DNA from: Narcine bancroftii
Lineage: Eukaryota
Assembly: GCF_036971445.1 (NCBI RefSeq)
Contig: NC_091480.1
Span: forward strand, 33,418,001 to 33,482,000
Direction: 5' to 3'
Length of the DNA stretch: 64,000 bases
Notes under the pieces: generated by a model
The model's input: only the letters and a program-made list of their open reading frames with translations
What the model was told of the DNA's origin: nothing
The model's database searches: none
Program-made: the position numbers and the translations under genes
In this document: positions 38,718-50,260 of the stretch, one piece after another
Layout of the letters: each line of letters starts with the position of its first letter
How positions within the stretch are numbered: position 1 is the stretch's first letter

Positions 38718-38806
38718 TTCCGGAACCATGGCGGATCTGGTTTAGTTCCTCGTCCCTGTGTGGGTTGAACATTCATACATGAAGTGAAGTTCCGATTCAG
38801 CCAAAC
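38718..38806 (+). promoter_or_regulatory. Putative bidirectional POLR3K/SNRNP25 promoter remnant and SNRNP25 non-coding exon 1
   Basis: ETS-type TTCCGGAA next to a YY1-like CATGGCGG, and a donor AAC|GTAAGG after 38806 followed directly by G-rich intron-like repeats. Confidence 0.55.
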
Positions 38807-38814
38807 GTAAGGCG

Positions 38815-39550
38815 GGGAGAGGAGGGGGGAAGGGGGGAAGGGGGGGAGGGCTGGGGGGGGGAAGGGGGGGAGGGCTGGGGGGGGAAGGGGGGGAGGGCTG
38901 GGGGGGGGGAAGGGCGGGGGGGGGAAGGGCGGGGGGGGGGAAGGGCGGGGGGGGGAAGGGCGGGGGGGGGGAAGGGCGGGGGGGGGAAGGGCGGGGGGGG
39001 GGAAGGGCGGGGGGGGGGAAGGGCGGGGGGGGGGAAGGGCGGGGGGGGGAAGGGCGGGGGGGGGAAGGGGAGGGCTGGGGAGGGGGCTGGGGAGTAGAGG
39101 GGAGGGCTGGGGAGGGGGCTGGGGAGTAGAGGGGAGGGCTGGGGAGGGGGCTGGGGAGTAGAGGGGAGGGCTGGGGAGGGGGCTGGGGAGTAGAGGGGAG
39201 GGCTGGGGAGGGGGCTGGGGAGTAGAGGGGAGGGCTGGGGAGGGGGCTGGGGAGTAGAGGGGAGGGCTGGGGAGGGGGCTGGGGAGTAGAGGGGAGGCTG
39301 GGGAGGGGGCTGGGGATAGAGGGGAGGGGGCTGGGGAGGGGGCTGGGAGGGGGCTGGGGAGGGGGCTGGGGAGGGGGCTGGGGAGGGGCTGGGGAGGGGG
39401 CTGGGGAGGGGGCAGGGGAGGGGGCTGGGGAGGGGGCAGGGGAGGGGGCTGGGGAGGGGGCAGGGGAGGGGGCTGGGGAGGGGGCAGGGGAGGGGGCTGG
39501 GGAGGGGGCAGGGGAGGGGGCTGGGGAGGGGGCAGGGGAGGGGGCTTAGG
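38815..39550. repeat. G-rich tandem arrays (G-run+aagggc; 32-bp ggggagtagaggggagggctggggagggggct; 12/24-bp ggggagggggc[t/a])
   Basis: Three successive repeat units are directly visible, followed by a purine-rich tract to ~40180. Confidence 0.95.
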
Positions 39551-40421
39551 AGGGCTTTTGTGAATGAAACATGTGGGTGGAGGGGAGTAGAGGAATGTAG
39601 TGGCTCAGGTGAATGGAGTGGATAGAAACATGTGCTTGGAGGGAAAGGTGGGACATACAGGCAAATAGATGGAGAAGTGAGAATGGGAAAGTGGGGTTTT
39701 TTTAAAAAAAAGTTGGATGGAGAATGAGGGAAATAGGATTCTGGAAGGTGGACTGTGCAAGGTGAATACGTCTAAGATGGGGGAAGGTGTGAATGGATGG
39801 GAGATATGGTAATGTAGACAATTGGAGGGGGAAATAGGGAAGGAGAGGAGAATGAGATGGAAGGAATGAGAAGGAGTGGGATAGAAGAGTAAAAAGAAGG
39901 GAGTAGGATGAGGGGGACGTGGATATGATGGATGGAAATGAGTGAGCAGGTGATATTTAGGTAGCAAGAGAAAGGGAATAAGGAAAGGAGGGATAAAGAG
40001 AGAATTGGGAAGGACTGGCAGGGAGAAGAGAAAAATGAAGTGAAAGGATGGAAGGAAACAAGAGAAAAGAATAAAGGAGTTGGATAAAAATGTGAAGAAT
40101 TGATGGGAAAGGAAGAGTGTTGTTTGAAGATGGAGAGTATGAAAAGGCAAATACAGAGAGAGGAAAATTGGAAGTTCATTCTTGGTGCAAATCACTTTCT
40201 TAGTTTGCACTGGAAATAAAAACAATGATAAAACAAAGTTTTACTTCATTCGAGGGAAAACATACCAAACCAACAATTTTTAAAATTTGATGCATTCTGC
40301 ATTTTTGTCATAAATGTGGGTAAAATAATATTTTGTGTCCCTGCATTACTTAAAGGCTGTTTGTGAAAATGCTAACCTTGTCGAGATCTTCTAATCCCAT
40401 TTAAAGATCTGCTGATTTGGG

Positions 40422-40607
40422 ATGACTGATGAAGTTAGAAACGAGCCTCCATCCAGCAACATTAAGGAGGAAGAAAATGTTACAATTTATAGTCACGAGA
40501 AGACAGAAGAGGAGGAGGAGTTATCCCATGCCGAAATCTTGGACCTATTTCAGGAAGGTTTGGCCATGATAGTTCAGGATCCTTTACTCTGTGATCTGCC
40601 TATACAG
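40422..40607 (+). CDS. SNRNP25: SNRNP25 (U11/U12 snRNP 25 kDa) coding exon 1
   Basis: Candidate acceptor ttaaag| before 40407, ATG at 40422, ...EILDLFQEGLAMIVQDPLLCDLPIQ, donor CAG|GTGTGT. Confidence 0.9.
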
Positions 40608-41344
40608 GTGTGTATGGTGGAAGTGAACCAAAACGTGAACTTAACCTTTTTTCATCTACAATTGAATTGAAGATCACTTTAGGATGTGGACTTAGATAAT
40701 GGATATCTTATTGTTTCTTTAGGACTACGCTATGTGTCTTTATATTTGTGATCTTTGTTCAGGCAGTATCTGAGCAAAATGTGTTAGAAACTTTCTTTAT
40801 GCTGGCTGGCAAAAAAATGTCTCCTGTGTATTTAGTTTAAATTGAAAGATCTACTCAGCTGAGGCAATCTGAGTTTAAAATCAGTAAAGCAAAGAAATGA
40901 AGAAATTATGCAATTGAAGTGTATTGTTATAAAGTATTTTTGTTGAGAATGCTGAAATATTTTCAAGTCCTGCAGGAGCTGCTAATAGAGCAATTTATGC
41001 ATTATTCAGATTCTTGGCTCTGTAATAAGGGGTGTGGATCCAAAAGCATGAAGTCATGCAGAAATTTTATTGCTCAGACAAAATAGTTTCATACAATTAT
41101 GGCAGAGCACTTTAATGTCAAGATTCGAGTGGGTTTGGCATATATTCCACTGACGATAAGCTTCAGGTTCTGTATATGGAGAAATGATGTCAGAACAATC
41201 CATGATAAGGAAAATCTTGACTGAATAATTCTTATGGGAGATTGTACTAGACTGAGCAGAGAAAAAAACCTCATTTTTGCTGAGTCAGTGGCCAAAAAAT
41301 AATAGGCAAAATTTGAGGATAAATATTTTGTGCAAAGCATTGTT

Positions 41345-41580
41345 ATTTATTTAGAGATACAACAGGGTAACAGTCCTTTTTGGTCCATGAGTCCATGCCG
41401 CCCAGTTTACCTCTAATTAAACTGCACCCCTGTTATGTTTTTGAATGGTGGGAAGAAACCGGAGAAAACCCACGCGATCACAGGGCAAACGTATAAACTC
41501 CTTGCAGACAGGACGGGATTCAAACCCTGGTCCTGTCCCACTGTAAAGGCGTTGGCTAACCACTACACCAAGCGTGCTGC
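41345..41580 (-). mobile_element. tRNA-derived SINE (HE1-like)
   Basis: Reverse complement of the SINE at 23925-24175. Confidence 0.65.
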
Positions 41581-42297
41581 CATTTATTTAGGCAATTGTA
41601 TCTGAGAAGATTCTTCAGAAACTTTCCTAACACAACCAAATGTATTTGAAAAGAAAGTTGGAGTAATTGGGGGTAAAAAGCTGTGATTGCAGAGATCCAG
41701 TGCAGACAATGAGCCAAATAGCTTTCTGTGTGTCAAGATTCAGTGGTTCCAGGGCTAAAGTTCCCTCTTGCATTTCTGTTATTTTTTTTAGATGGGCTTA
41801 ACAATGTTTATTATTGTAATCTTCTGTAAATTCCTGGATTTAATGATAAAGATAATTTCTGTAAAAAATAGATGTGAGTTTAGTTTCAAGGTAGTTGGCT
41901 CACAATGCACAAATTGTACTATTTTTGTATCAAAGCATCGTTTTTTTTGGTCTAGTTCCTGGAGTCAATTTTTAAAAAAACTTATAAATTCACGCACCGA
42001 TTAATAAAATTTTCCAAAAAAAAATTCACGCACCTCCGCTGATTTATGAGTTCTGTCGGTTCAGAGTAAGATGAATGCAAAGGATCTCAACTGGACTAAT
42101 GTTGGAAATAAGAAACAAATGAGGAGGCATTTGGTAACTCCAGCAGCACCAGCGGGGAGAGAAACAAGTCGTGGGTTCTTCAAAACAGGAAAAGAGAGAA
42201 AACAAGAATGTTAAATTGCAGAGTGGGAGGTCTCAGTGAACAGAAAATATTTGTGATAAATTAAAGCAAAATCACTGTAAAAGCCGTCATTTGAAGA

Positions 42298-42686
42298 CAG
42301 ATATGCCGGCATTAAAGATGGTCCTTGAATGTTAAAAATGTCACCCCAAAACCAGGGGTCGTCCCTTACACCAAGTTTAAAATCCTAACCTTAACAGCGA
42401 AGTCTCAGTGCTCCCCCATGGGGTCCATCCACCTAGCCTGACTGCTGTCGGGCTTTAAGTGGCCTGTTAAAGGAGCTGATGGTGGTTTATTTCCAAATAA
42501 TTTGCTTTTAAAATATTATGAATTAGTATATCAAATGTACCGAGCAACATTACTCCACTGGTCAGCGGTAAGTGCCAGACTTGAGGCAGTCTTATACAGC
42601 GAGTATAGCTCAAAACCTACGTTTTAGGTGGAAATTTGCGGTGGGGTCATCCTAAACATGAGTCATCTTGTATGTCGGCAAATAAA
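42298..42686. mobile_element. Possible non-autonomous pogo/Tc-type DNA element (MITE)
   Basis: Imperfect inverted ends 'atatgccggcattaaagatggtc' and 'gagtcatcttgtatgtcggcaaata'; a similar end motif brackets ~56470-56905. Confidence 0.35.
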
Positions 42687-43220
42687 TTGAACAAAGTGGT
42701 ACAGCCATTTGAATAGAAAAACAAGGGCAGTTATTCAAAGTACTGCAGTTAAATTGGATTCAAGTGCTGAGGTCTATTGAGTTTTTGTTCTGGTGAGGGG
42801 TCCTTGGTCTGAAACGCCATCTCTGTTTCTGTCCACGCTGATGTCGCTTGAGGTTTTATGTGGGACATTAGATCATATCACAGACCTGTTAGCTTGACGT
42901 TACGAAACTGTTGGAGTCGATTGTCAAGGATGAAGTCACGGAGTACCTAGAGGCGGATGACAAGATAGGCCCAGGTCAGCATTGTTTCCTTAAAGGAAAA
43001 TCATACCTGAGAAACTTACTGCAGTTTTTTTGAGATCACAAGTAGGACAGAAGAGTTGAAGTGGATGCTTTGTATTTGGACTTTCAACAAGGTACCACAT
43101 ATGAGGCTGCTTAACATCATGAGCATGGAATAAAGGGTTGGCCGCCTGTTTCTAGTCGTCTTCCATAGGGGTTGGTGTTGGGGCTGCTTCTTTATATATA
43201 TAAATTATTTGGATTGTGCC

Positions 43221-43849
43221 TCTTCTTTCTTTGGCTTGGCTTCGCGGACGAAGATTTATGGAGGGGGTAAAAAGTCCACGTCAGCTGCAGGCTCGTTTGT
43301 GGCTGAAAAGTCCGATGCGGGACAGGCAGACACGGTTGCAGGGGAAAATTGGTTGGTTGGGGTTGGGTGTTGGGTTTTTCCTCCTTTGCCTTTTGTCAGT
43401 AAGGTGGGCTCTGCGGTCTTCTTCAAAGGAGGTTGCTGCCCGCCAAACTGTGAGGCGCCAAGATGCACGGTTTGAGGCGTTATCAGCCCACTGGTGGTGG
43501 TCAATGTGGCAGGCACCAAGAGATTTCTTTAGGCAGTCCTTGTACCTTTTCTTTGGTGCACCTCTGTCACGGTGGCCAGTGGAGAGCTCGCCATATAACA
43601 CGATCTTGGGAAGGCGATGGTCCTCCATTCTGGAAACGTGACCCATCCAGCGCAGCTGGATCTTCAGCAGCGTGGACTCGATGCTGTCGACCTCTGCCAT
43701 CTCGAGTACTTCGACGTTAGGGATGAAAGCGCTCCAATGGATGTTGAGGATGGAGCGGAGACAACGCTGATGGAAGCATTCTAGGAGCCGTAGGTGGTGC
43801 CGGTAGAGGACCCATGATTCGGAGCCGAACAGGAGTGTGGGTATGACAA
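43221..43849 (-). mobile_element. RTE-clade LINE, 5'-truncated, young
   Basis: Open frame LLFGSESW...FHQRCLRSILNIHW...QLRWMGHVSRM..RLPK..LYGEL...CLSRIGLFSHKRAC; AAGA-type tail; candidate TSD attgtgcct/attatgcct. Confidence 0.9.
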
Positions 43850-44073
43850 TTATGCCTAAATATGCAGATAATATCAAAATAGTGCTGAGAATACAGAAAG
43901 GCTGGAGAGACATGGATAGATTAGGAGAACAGAAAAGAGGTGGCAGAGGAAATAAAATGTTGGAAAGTGGACAGTCATGCACTTTGGTAGAAGAAATAGG
44001 TGGGCAGACTATTATTTAGATGGAGAGAAGATTTAAAATTCGGAGGTGCAAGGGGTCTTGGGAGGCCTTAAAG

Positions 44074-44411
44074 TAGTATTTTTCAAACTACCCCTTGAAC
44101 TCACATTCTACCTTAAGCCATCCCTATGCCGTAGGTTCTCTGTGATTAGTAAGGGATGGCTTAAGGTGTATGTGAGTGGAAAGGAGAAGATTTGAAAACC
44201 ACTGTTTTAATCATATCTAATTGACTCATTATGTGAATGGTTTCATCATGCCAAAGGAAATGGCCCACTGACAATTTTTCTCAGGCAAAATATTTCAACA
44301 GTTGTTCTCAACCTTCCCTTCCCACTCACAGATCACCTTAAGCCATCCCTTATGGCATAGGGATGGCTTAATGTGGAATGTGAGTTTAAGGGAGCAGTTT
44401 GAAAACCACTG
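44074..44411. mobile_element. hAT-type MITE (foldback)
   Basis: ~60-bp imperfect terminal inverted repeats of CAGTGGTTTTCAAAC type; 8-bp flanks ccttaaag/tcctaaag. Confidence 0.75.
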
Positions 44412-45585
44412 TCCTAAAGGTTAACTTCCAGGTTGAGTCGGTGGTGACAAAGATGAATGCAGTCTTGGCATTTATTTCTGGGGGAAGGAGATTTGAGAGC
44501 AGGGATGTTGTATTGAGTCTCTATAGAGTGTTAGTGTACTGTACTCATTTTGGATTACTGTGTACAGTTTTGGGTGCCTTATTTGAGAAAGGATATGCTG
44601 GCGTTGGAGAGGATTCTGAGAAGATTTACTAGAATGATACCAGGAATGAAAGGGTTAGCAAACGAAGAACATTTATAGGCTTTTGGGACTGTACAGAAGG
44701 ATGAGGGGGGACCTCATAGAGACATTTCAAATACTGAAAGACCTGGACAGAGGAGATGTGCCAAGTTTGTTCCCTGTGGTGGGGGAATCTCTGACAAGAG
44801 GGCACAACTTCAGGATAAAAGAGCGTCAATTTAAAATCGAGACGCTAATTTCTTTAGCCAGAGGGAACGTTGTCACAGGCCACTGTGGAAACGAGGTTCT
44901 TGGGTGTATTTAAGGCAGAAATTGACAGGTATTTGATTAGTCAGGATATCAAGGGTTACGGGGAGAAGGCCAAGGAGTGGGGCTGATGGATGGATCAGCT
45001 CATGATAAAATAGCAGTGCAGACTCAATGGGCTGACTGGCCTATTTCTGCTCCTATATCTTGTGATTAACCTGTAAATCATGTGTACAAATGATAAAGCT
45101 GCCTTCCTTTGCGGCATTATTAGATCCCACTCACTAAATCAACTTTGCTCTAGTACAGGTATTTCAGGTCTCTTAATTTGGTAAGTTCATACGAAGGCTT
45201 GTGTAACAATTTTCCCCCAAAATCTTGTAGTTTTGCCATTTCATTAATTTATTTCTTGCAAGTTTACATCATATCAAGTGCTGTTTTATTTGTTGATAAT
45301 CATAAAGCAGGAAATAGGAACAAATTCCAGTAAATTGTTGTTGATTATGAAATGCACACTAAGAATTTAGCAATTTTAAAAATTTCCTTGTAATATGTGA
45401 ATTTCACACTATTATAAGTATCCTAACTGCTGATCGCCCCACCTGTTTACAATGTATTTGTATATGCTATACTTTAAAACAACCAACATTGAAAAGAAAC
45501 ATTGCTTTAAATCCTTTGTACAGATATCTCAGAATGTGATATGAGGTTTGCCATCATTCATTACTTACATTTTGTTTTTATTTAG

Positions 45586-45676
45586 GTTACTTTGGAAGAG
45601 ATCAATTCACAGATAGCTCTTGAGTACGGGCAAGCAATGACGGTCAAAGTAAAAAAAGGAGATGGTGAAATTATGC
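45586..45676 (+). CDS. SNRNP25: SNRNP25 coding exon 2
   Basis: tttag|VTLEEINSQIALEYGQAMTVKVKKGDGEIM(P)|GTATGT; 91 nt. Confidence 0.95.
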
Positions 45677-46029
45677 GTATGTGGGATTTTCTTATAAACT
45701 CACTTGTTCAGTATGACTATAGTATAAGTGAAAATTAAATCTTCTGGGGTAAGATGAGGTAAGGATTCTAAATGTGGATGAATCCCAGAAAACTCAGTGT
45801 TAGGTTTTGTTAACAGTTTTATTTTTTATTCCACTTCAACCTCCATTTAATAAGCAGAAAGACTGAAGGAATTCGTTACAGTGGTCCATTATATGAAGAC
45901 TCAAGGTAGATGCCCAGCTCTCATTACAAAGGAAATGAATTCTTCTGGACCCTACTAGCAATCTACTTTATTAAAGTACCACTCTCATTAAAGAAAATGA
46001 ATGCCACCAATGGTTTAATACCATCATTC

Positions 46030-47100
46030 CCCAGAGGCTGGCGGAGAAGCTTTCCTTGCTGGGACTCAACACCCCTCTGTAACTGGATCCTAACAGAAAG
46101 ACCACAGTCTGTCTGGGTCAGTATCAGAATGTCGAACACTCACGCTGACGGCTGGCGCACTTCAGGGCTGTGGGCTTTGCCCGCTCTTGTTTACGCTACT
46201 GACCCACAATTGCGTGGCCAGATCCAGCTCCAACAGTGTCATCAGATTTGCAGATGACACAACAGTAGTTGGCCTCATCAGCAACAATGATGAATCGTGC
46301 TACAAAGAGGTGGAAAATCTCGTGAAATGGTGCGAGAATAACAACCTGAGTCTCAACGTGGACAGGACGAAGGAAATGATAATCGACTTCAGGAGGGAAA
46401 GGAATGACCACCCTCCACTATACATTTATCAACTCTGTAGTAGAGAGAATGGAGAGCACCAAGTTCCTTAGACTTAACTAGTGACCTAGCGTGGACACTC
46501 AACATCTCCTCACATGTCAGGAAGGCGTAACAGCGACTGCACTTCCTGAGAAGACTGTAAGCAGGCAAGGCTACTGGCCACAATTATGTCAACCTTCTAT
46601 AGAAGCTCTATCGAGAGCGCCGTGGCCGGCTGCTACAGAGAAATGGATCCGAGGTCAATCCACACGACCATGAGAGTGGCAGGGAGGATGATTGGAGTCT
46701 CCTTCCCCCCCAACATCGATGTAATCTACTGGGATCGTTGTCTGAAGAGGGCACACAAAATCGTTGAGAACCCCTTCCACCCTGCACACAGCATCTTTCA
46801 CCTGTTCCCATCGGGGAAGAGGATTAGCAGGATCAAGAGCGAGCTCCACCAGGCTGAGGAATAACTTCTTCCCACGGGCTTTGAGAATGCTGAACGACCA
46901 AAGGAGCTACTCACACTAACCATTCAACACTCTTTTTCGAACAAAGCAATATTTATTTATTTGTCTAGATAAAATACAAAATGCATAGGTCCTGCATATG
47001 TGTTGTTGGCATGTGTGTAATGTCTGGTTGTGTTTTGCACCGAGGACCAGTGAACGCTGCTTTGTCAGGTTGTACAATCAGCTGACAATAAACGATTATT
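46030..47100 (+). mobile_element. Rex1/Babar-type LINE fragment
   Basis: VIRFADDTTVVGLISNNDES...WCENNNLSLNVDRTKEMIIDFRR and C-terminal HPAHSIFHLFPSGKR. Confidence 0.85.
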
Positions 47101-47168
47101 TTTCTGATTTATGAGAGTCAGCAATATGTTAACTTATCTGTATGCTGCTCCTTGCTTTCTCCCTCCAG

Positions 47169-47274
47169 CCGTTGTCGTAATTCAAAATGAAACTGTTCTG
47201 GATTTGAAAAAAGCTATTCAGAGATACGTCCAACTGAAGCAACAGCGTGAAGGAGGAACCCAGTACATTAGCTG
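47169..47274 (+). CDS. SNRNP25: SNRNP25 coding exon 3
   Basis: ctccag|(P)VVVIQNETVLDLKKAIQRYVQLKQQREGGTQYIS(W)|GTAAAT; 106 nt. Confidence 0.95.
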
Positions 47275-47779
47275 GTAAATTACATCTCGTCATTCATTAT
47301 AATTTATTTCTTAAGCAATGTACCTCCATACGCCAGAGGGGACAAGCTGAATTTAATGATCTTTCAATCTTTTAAGCCTTCCCCAAATTATTTCAGTTTA
47401 TTACTATTAAATGGATCTTCAAAATTATTTACATATTACTGAACACAAAAATCTACTGCAAGCAATCATATTCGGAAGTCATAGAGCTATAAAACTTTAA
47501 AGAATCTAACAGGGCCTTCTGCCCACCATGTACGTGTCGATCTTTGTGGCCCATGTGCACTAATTCTTTTCTCCGTGTTAAGGCCATATCTTTTTCAGTT
47601 TTGCCTATTTCAGATCATGTTTTGAAAAATTATCCATTAAAATTATGTCATGCCATTGAGTGATGATTTAGTGCAGATTTAATTCTCAACTGGATTTAAA
47701 GAGTTAAGTATTTGAACCTTCAAGCTTTTAATTCTGGTTTATTTACTAATCCTGAGTCTCAAAAAAAAATTATTTAGAT

Positions 47780-48240
47780 TTAGACGGCCGAACCAAGGCC
47801 ACCCACAAATGGGAAGAGCAAAACCTAATATTCCATCTGGGCACTCTCCAAGCAGTTGGCATGAATGTGACCCTGGTTTCTGTTAGGCCCATCCCTTGTC
47901 TCTCTCCTCCATCTCTCTGTCTCTTTTCCTTTAGCTCTGCATACCTTTCCCTCTCCATTCTGTCCATTCTATCCCCTCTCCTATCACTTCTTGCCTTCTT
48001 TTTTTCCTTGTGGCCTCCCACTCTTATCTACCTATGACATCTTGCCTGTGTTCCTGCCCCACCCCCCACCATTTTATTCAGGTGCCTACCTGCTTCTTGC
48101 TCATACCTTGATAAAAACCACAGGGCTGAAACATTGGTCATGTATCTTTGCTCTGTAAAGAACGCTATGTGGACTTGCTGAGTTTCTCCAACATTTTTGT
48201 ATAAACTACAATCACAGGTTCTGCAGACTTTCTTGTTTAA
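47780..48240 (+). mobile_element. Penelope-like 3' fragment
   Basis: EEQNLIFHLGTLQ-type remnant plus the tail seen in the other copies. Confidence 0.6.
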
Positions 48241-49009
48241 TTTGTTTTAGACCCTTGGTAAAGGGCTGCAGATAACAATATTTAGACATTATTGGTCTAA
48301 TATGATGTGGTGAATGTGGTCAGTACTACTGCAATGTGGTCTTCCAGCTTGATAGTTTTAAAATTGGCCCAAAAGATTAGAAGCTTTAACGTTCTGTGAA
48401 TGTGCTGGATTTGAAAGGCATTTGGGCTCAGGATAAAAAAAGTAGAACAACCAAGGAACGATTTCAGAGTGTAATGTTTCATCTAGTAGCTCCTAATGAT
48501 TTAGGACAGAAACTTACTGAATTATGATGTAAAATTGTTATCTTTTTCAGAAGTTTTCCTTTTATGGATTATACTTTAAAAGCTATTGCACTATTTTTAG
48601 TTAACTATCTATTTCCGGGCCGGGGGGAGGCAAGTGTGAATTCCCAAAGGAAAAGCTTTTGTGAAACTTAAGATTTTGCATAATATAGACAAGCAATTAT
48701 AATACAGTAAGGTCATAGAACAAGCTTTATGGTCCATCTAGACTTGGCTAGTAGAGAGATTGCTCACCTTAACAAAATTACATAAAAATAGTGACTAGCT
48801 TGCAGTCAGTTGATTGTTTTGTATATTTTTTATTGGTGATTATTGAAATAATTAACATTAGAGACAAAGCTCTGCTGTTTTATACCATTTGAGATGTTCT
48901 TGCAGCTCGTATCAAATTCCAAACCTGTACTGGTTATTTGTAGTGGCGGTGTATACCACTTTTTAGATTATTTAAAATGTAAATAATTGATGCAAATTTC
49001 AGATGATCA

Positions 49010-50260
49010 TTTCAGATTTATTGCCAGAGTGCACACATGATATCACATACAATCCTGAGATTATTTTTATCCTGCGGGTGTGGAAGAATTGCCACCAATT
49101 CTATGCATAAGTATAGAAACAAAGAACTGTAAACCGATAATGAATGTAAACTAACGGGCTGTGCAATGCTGAGAGAACAAAAAGAAAATCAATAACGTGT
49201 TCTTAAATGAGTCCCTGATTGAGTTTGTTGTTGAGGAGACTGATGGTGAAGGGGGAGCAGGTGTTCCTGAACCTGGTGGTGTGAGTTTTTGTGGCACCTG
49301 TAGCTCTTTCCTGATGGCAACAGCAAGAACAGACCTTGTGCTGGGTGATGCGTGTCTTTGATAATTGCTGCTGCTCTCTGATGGCAACGTTCCCTGTAGA
49401 TGTTGTCAATAATGGGTAGGGTTTTGCCTGTGATATCCTGGGCTGTATCCACTACCTTTTGGAAGGCTTTACGCTCAAGGGTATTCGTGTCCCCACACCA
49501 GACCATGATGCAACCGGTTGGCACACATTCTATTTACACCTCTGTAGAAATTTACCAGGGTGTCTGGTGTCATTCCAAGCCTCCACAAACTCATGAGGAA
49601 ATAGAGGCACTGACATGCTTTCTTCTCAATGCCATTGGTGCGTTGGGTCTAGGAAAGATTCTCCGAGATAGTGAATCCCAAGAACTTAAATTTGCTCGCC
49701 ACCTCAGATCCCCCAATGATCACTGGATTATATACCTCTGGATTTCATTTCCTGAAGTCAACAATCAGCTCCTTAGTTTTGGTGACATTGAGTGTAAGGT
49801 TGCTGTTGGTGTACCATTCAGCCAAGTTTTCACACTCCATCCTGTATGCTAACTCATCCCCTTCCTTTATACAGCCCACTACCATGATATCGTTGGCAAA
49901 TTTATAGAAGATTTTATTTTACCGAGCCACACAGTCGTAGGTGTAAAGTGAATAGAGCAGGGGGCTAAGAATACAGGCCTGCGGTGATGGAGATTGTGGA
50001 GGAGATGTTCTTACCAATCTTATCTGATTCTGGTCTGGAGAAAATCTGTGGATCCAGTTACACAGTGGGGCATTAACTCCCAGACCTTGGAGTTTGCTGA
50101 TCAATTTTGAGGGGATGATGGTGTTAAATACAGAATTGTAGCTGATAAAGAGCATCCTGATGTATGTATCTTTGCTGTCCAGGTGTTCCAGGGCTTTATG
50201 TAGAGCCAGTGAGATGGTATCCACTGTAGACCTGTTCCTATGTTAGGTGAACTGGAATGG
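49010..50260 (-). mobile_element. Rex1/Babar-type LINE fragment
   Basis: ALEHLDSKDTYIRMLF..YNSVFNTIIPSKL...LSPLLYSLYTYDCVA (49919-50224) and downstream remnants. Confidence 0.85.

Larger units (their letters stand above)
42880..45065 (+). mobile_element. CR1 LINE 3' portion hosting nested RTE and hAT insertions
   Basis: Decayed remnants of SQHxFxKGKS, YLDFQ, KYAD and RRMRGDLIETFQILK, plus a CR1 tail (atgggctgactggcctatttctgctcctata). Confidence 0.8.

Noticed and set aside
32696-38782. 2028-aa proline-rich ORF
   Set aside because: The C-rich strand of the minisatellite has no stop codon in any frame. The reading frame drifts with C-run length, crosses an N gap and is antisense within POLR3K intron 1.
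39605-40225. Phe/Leu/Pro-rich 206-aa 'membrane protein' ORF
   Set aside because: Antisense translation of a purine-rich low-complexity intron tract.
43281-43982. 233-aa ORF as a host gene
   Set aside because: It is the C-terminus of an RTE LINE fused by chance to antisense CR1 sequence.
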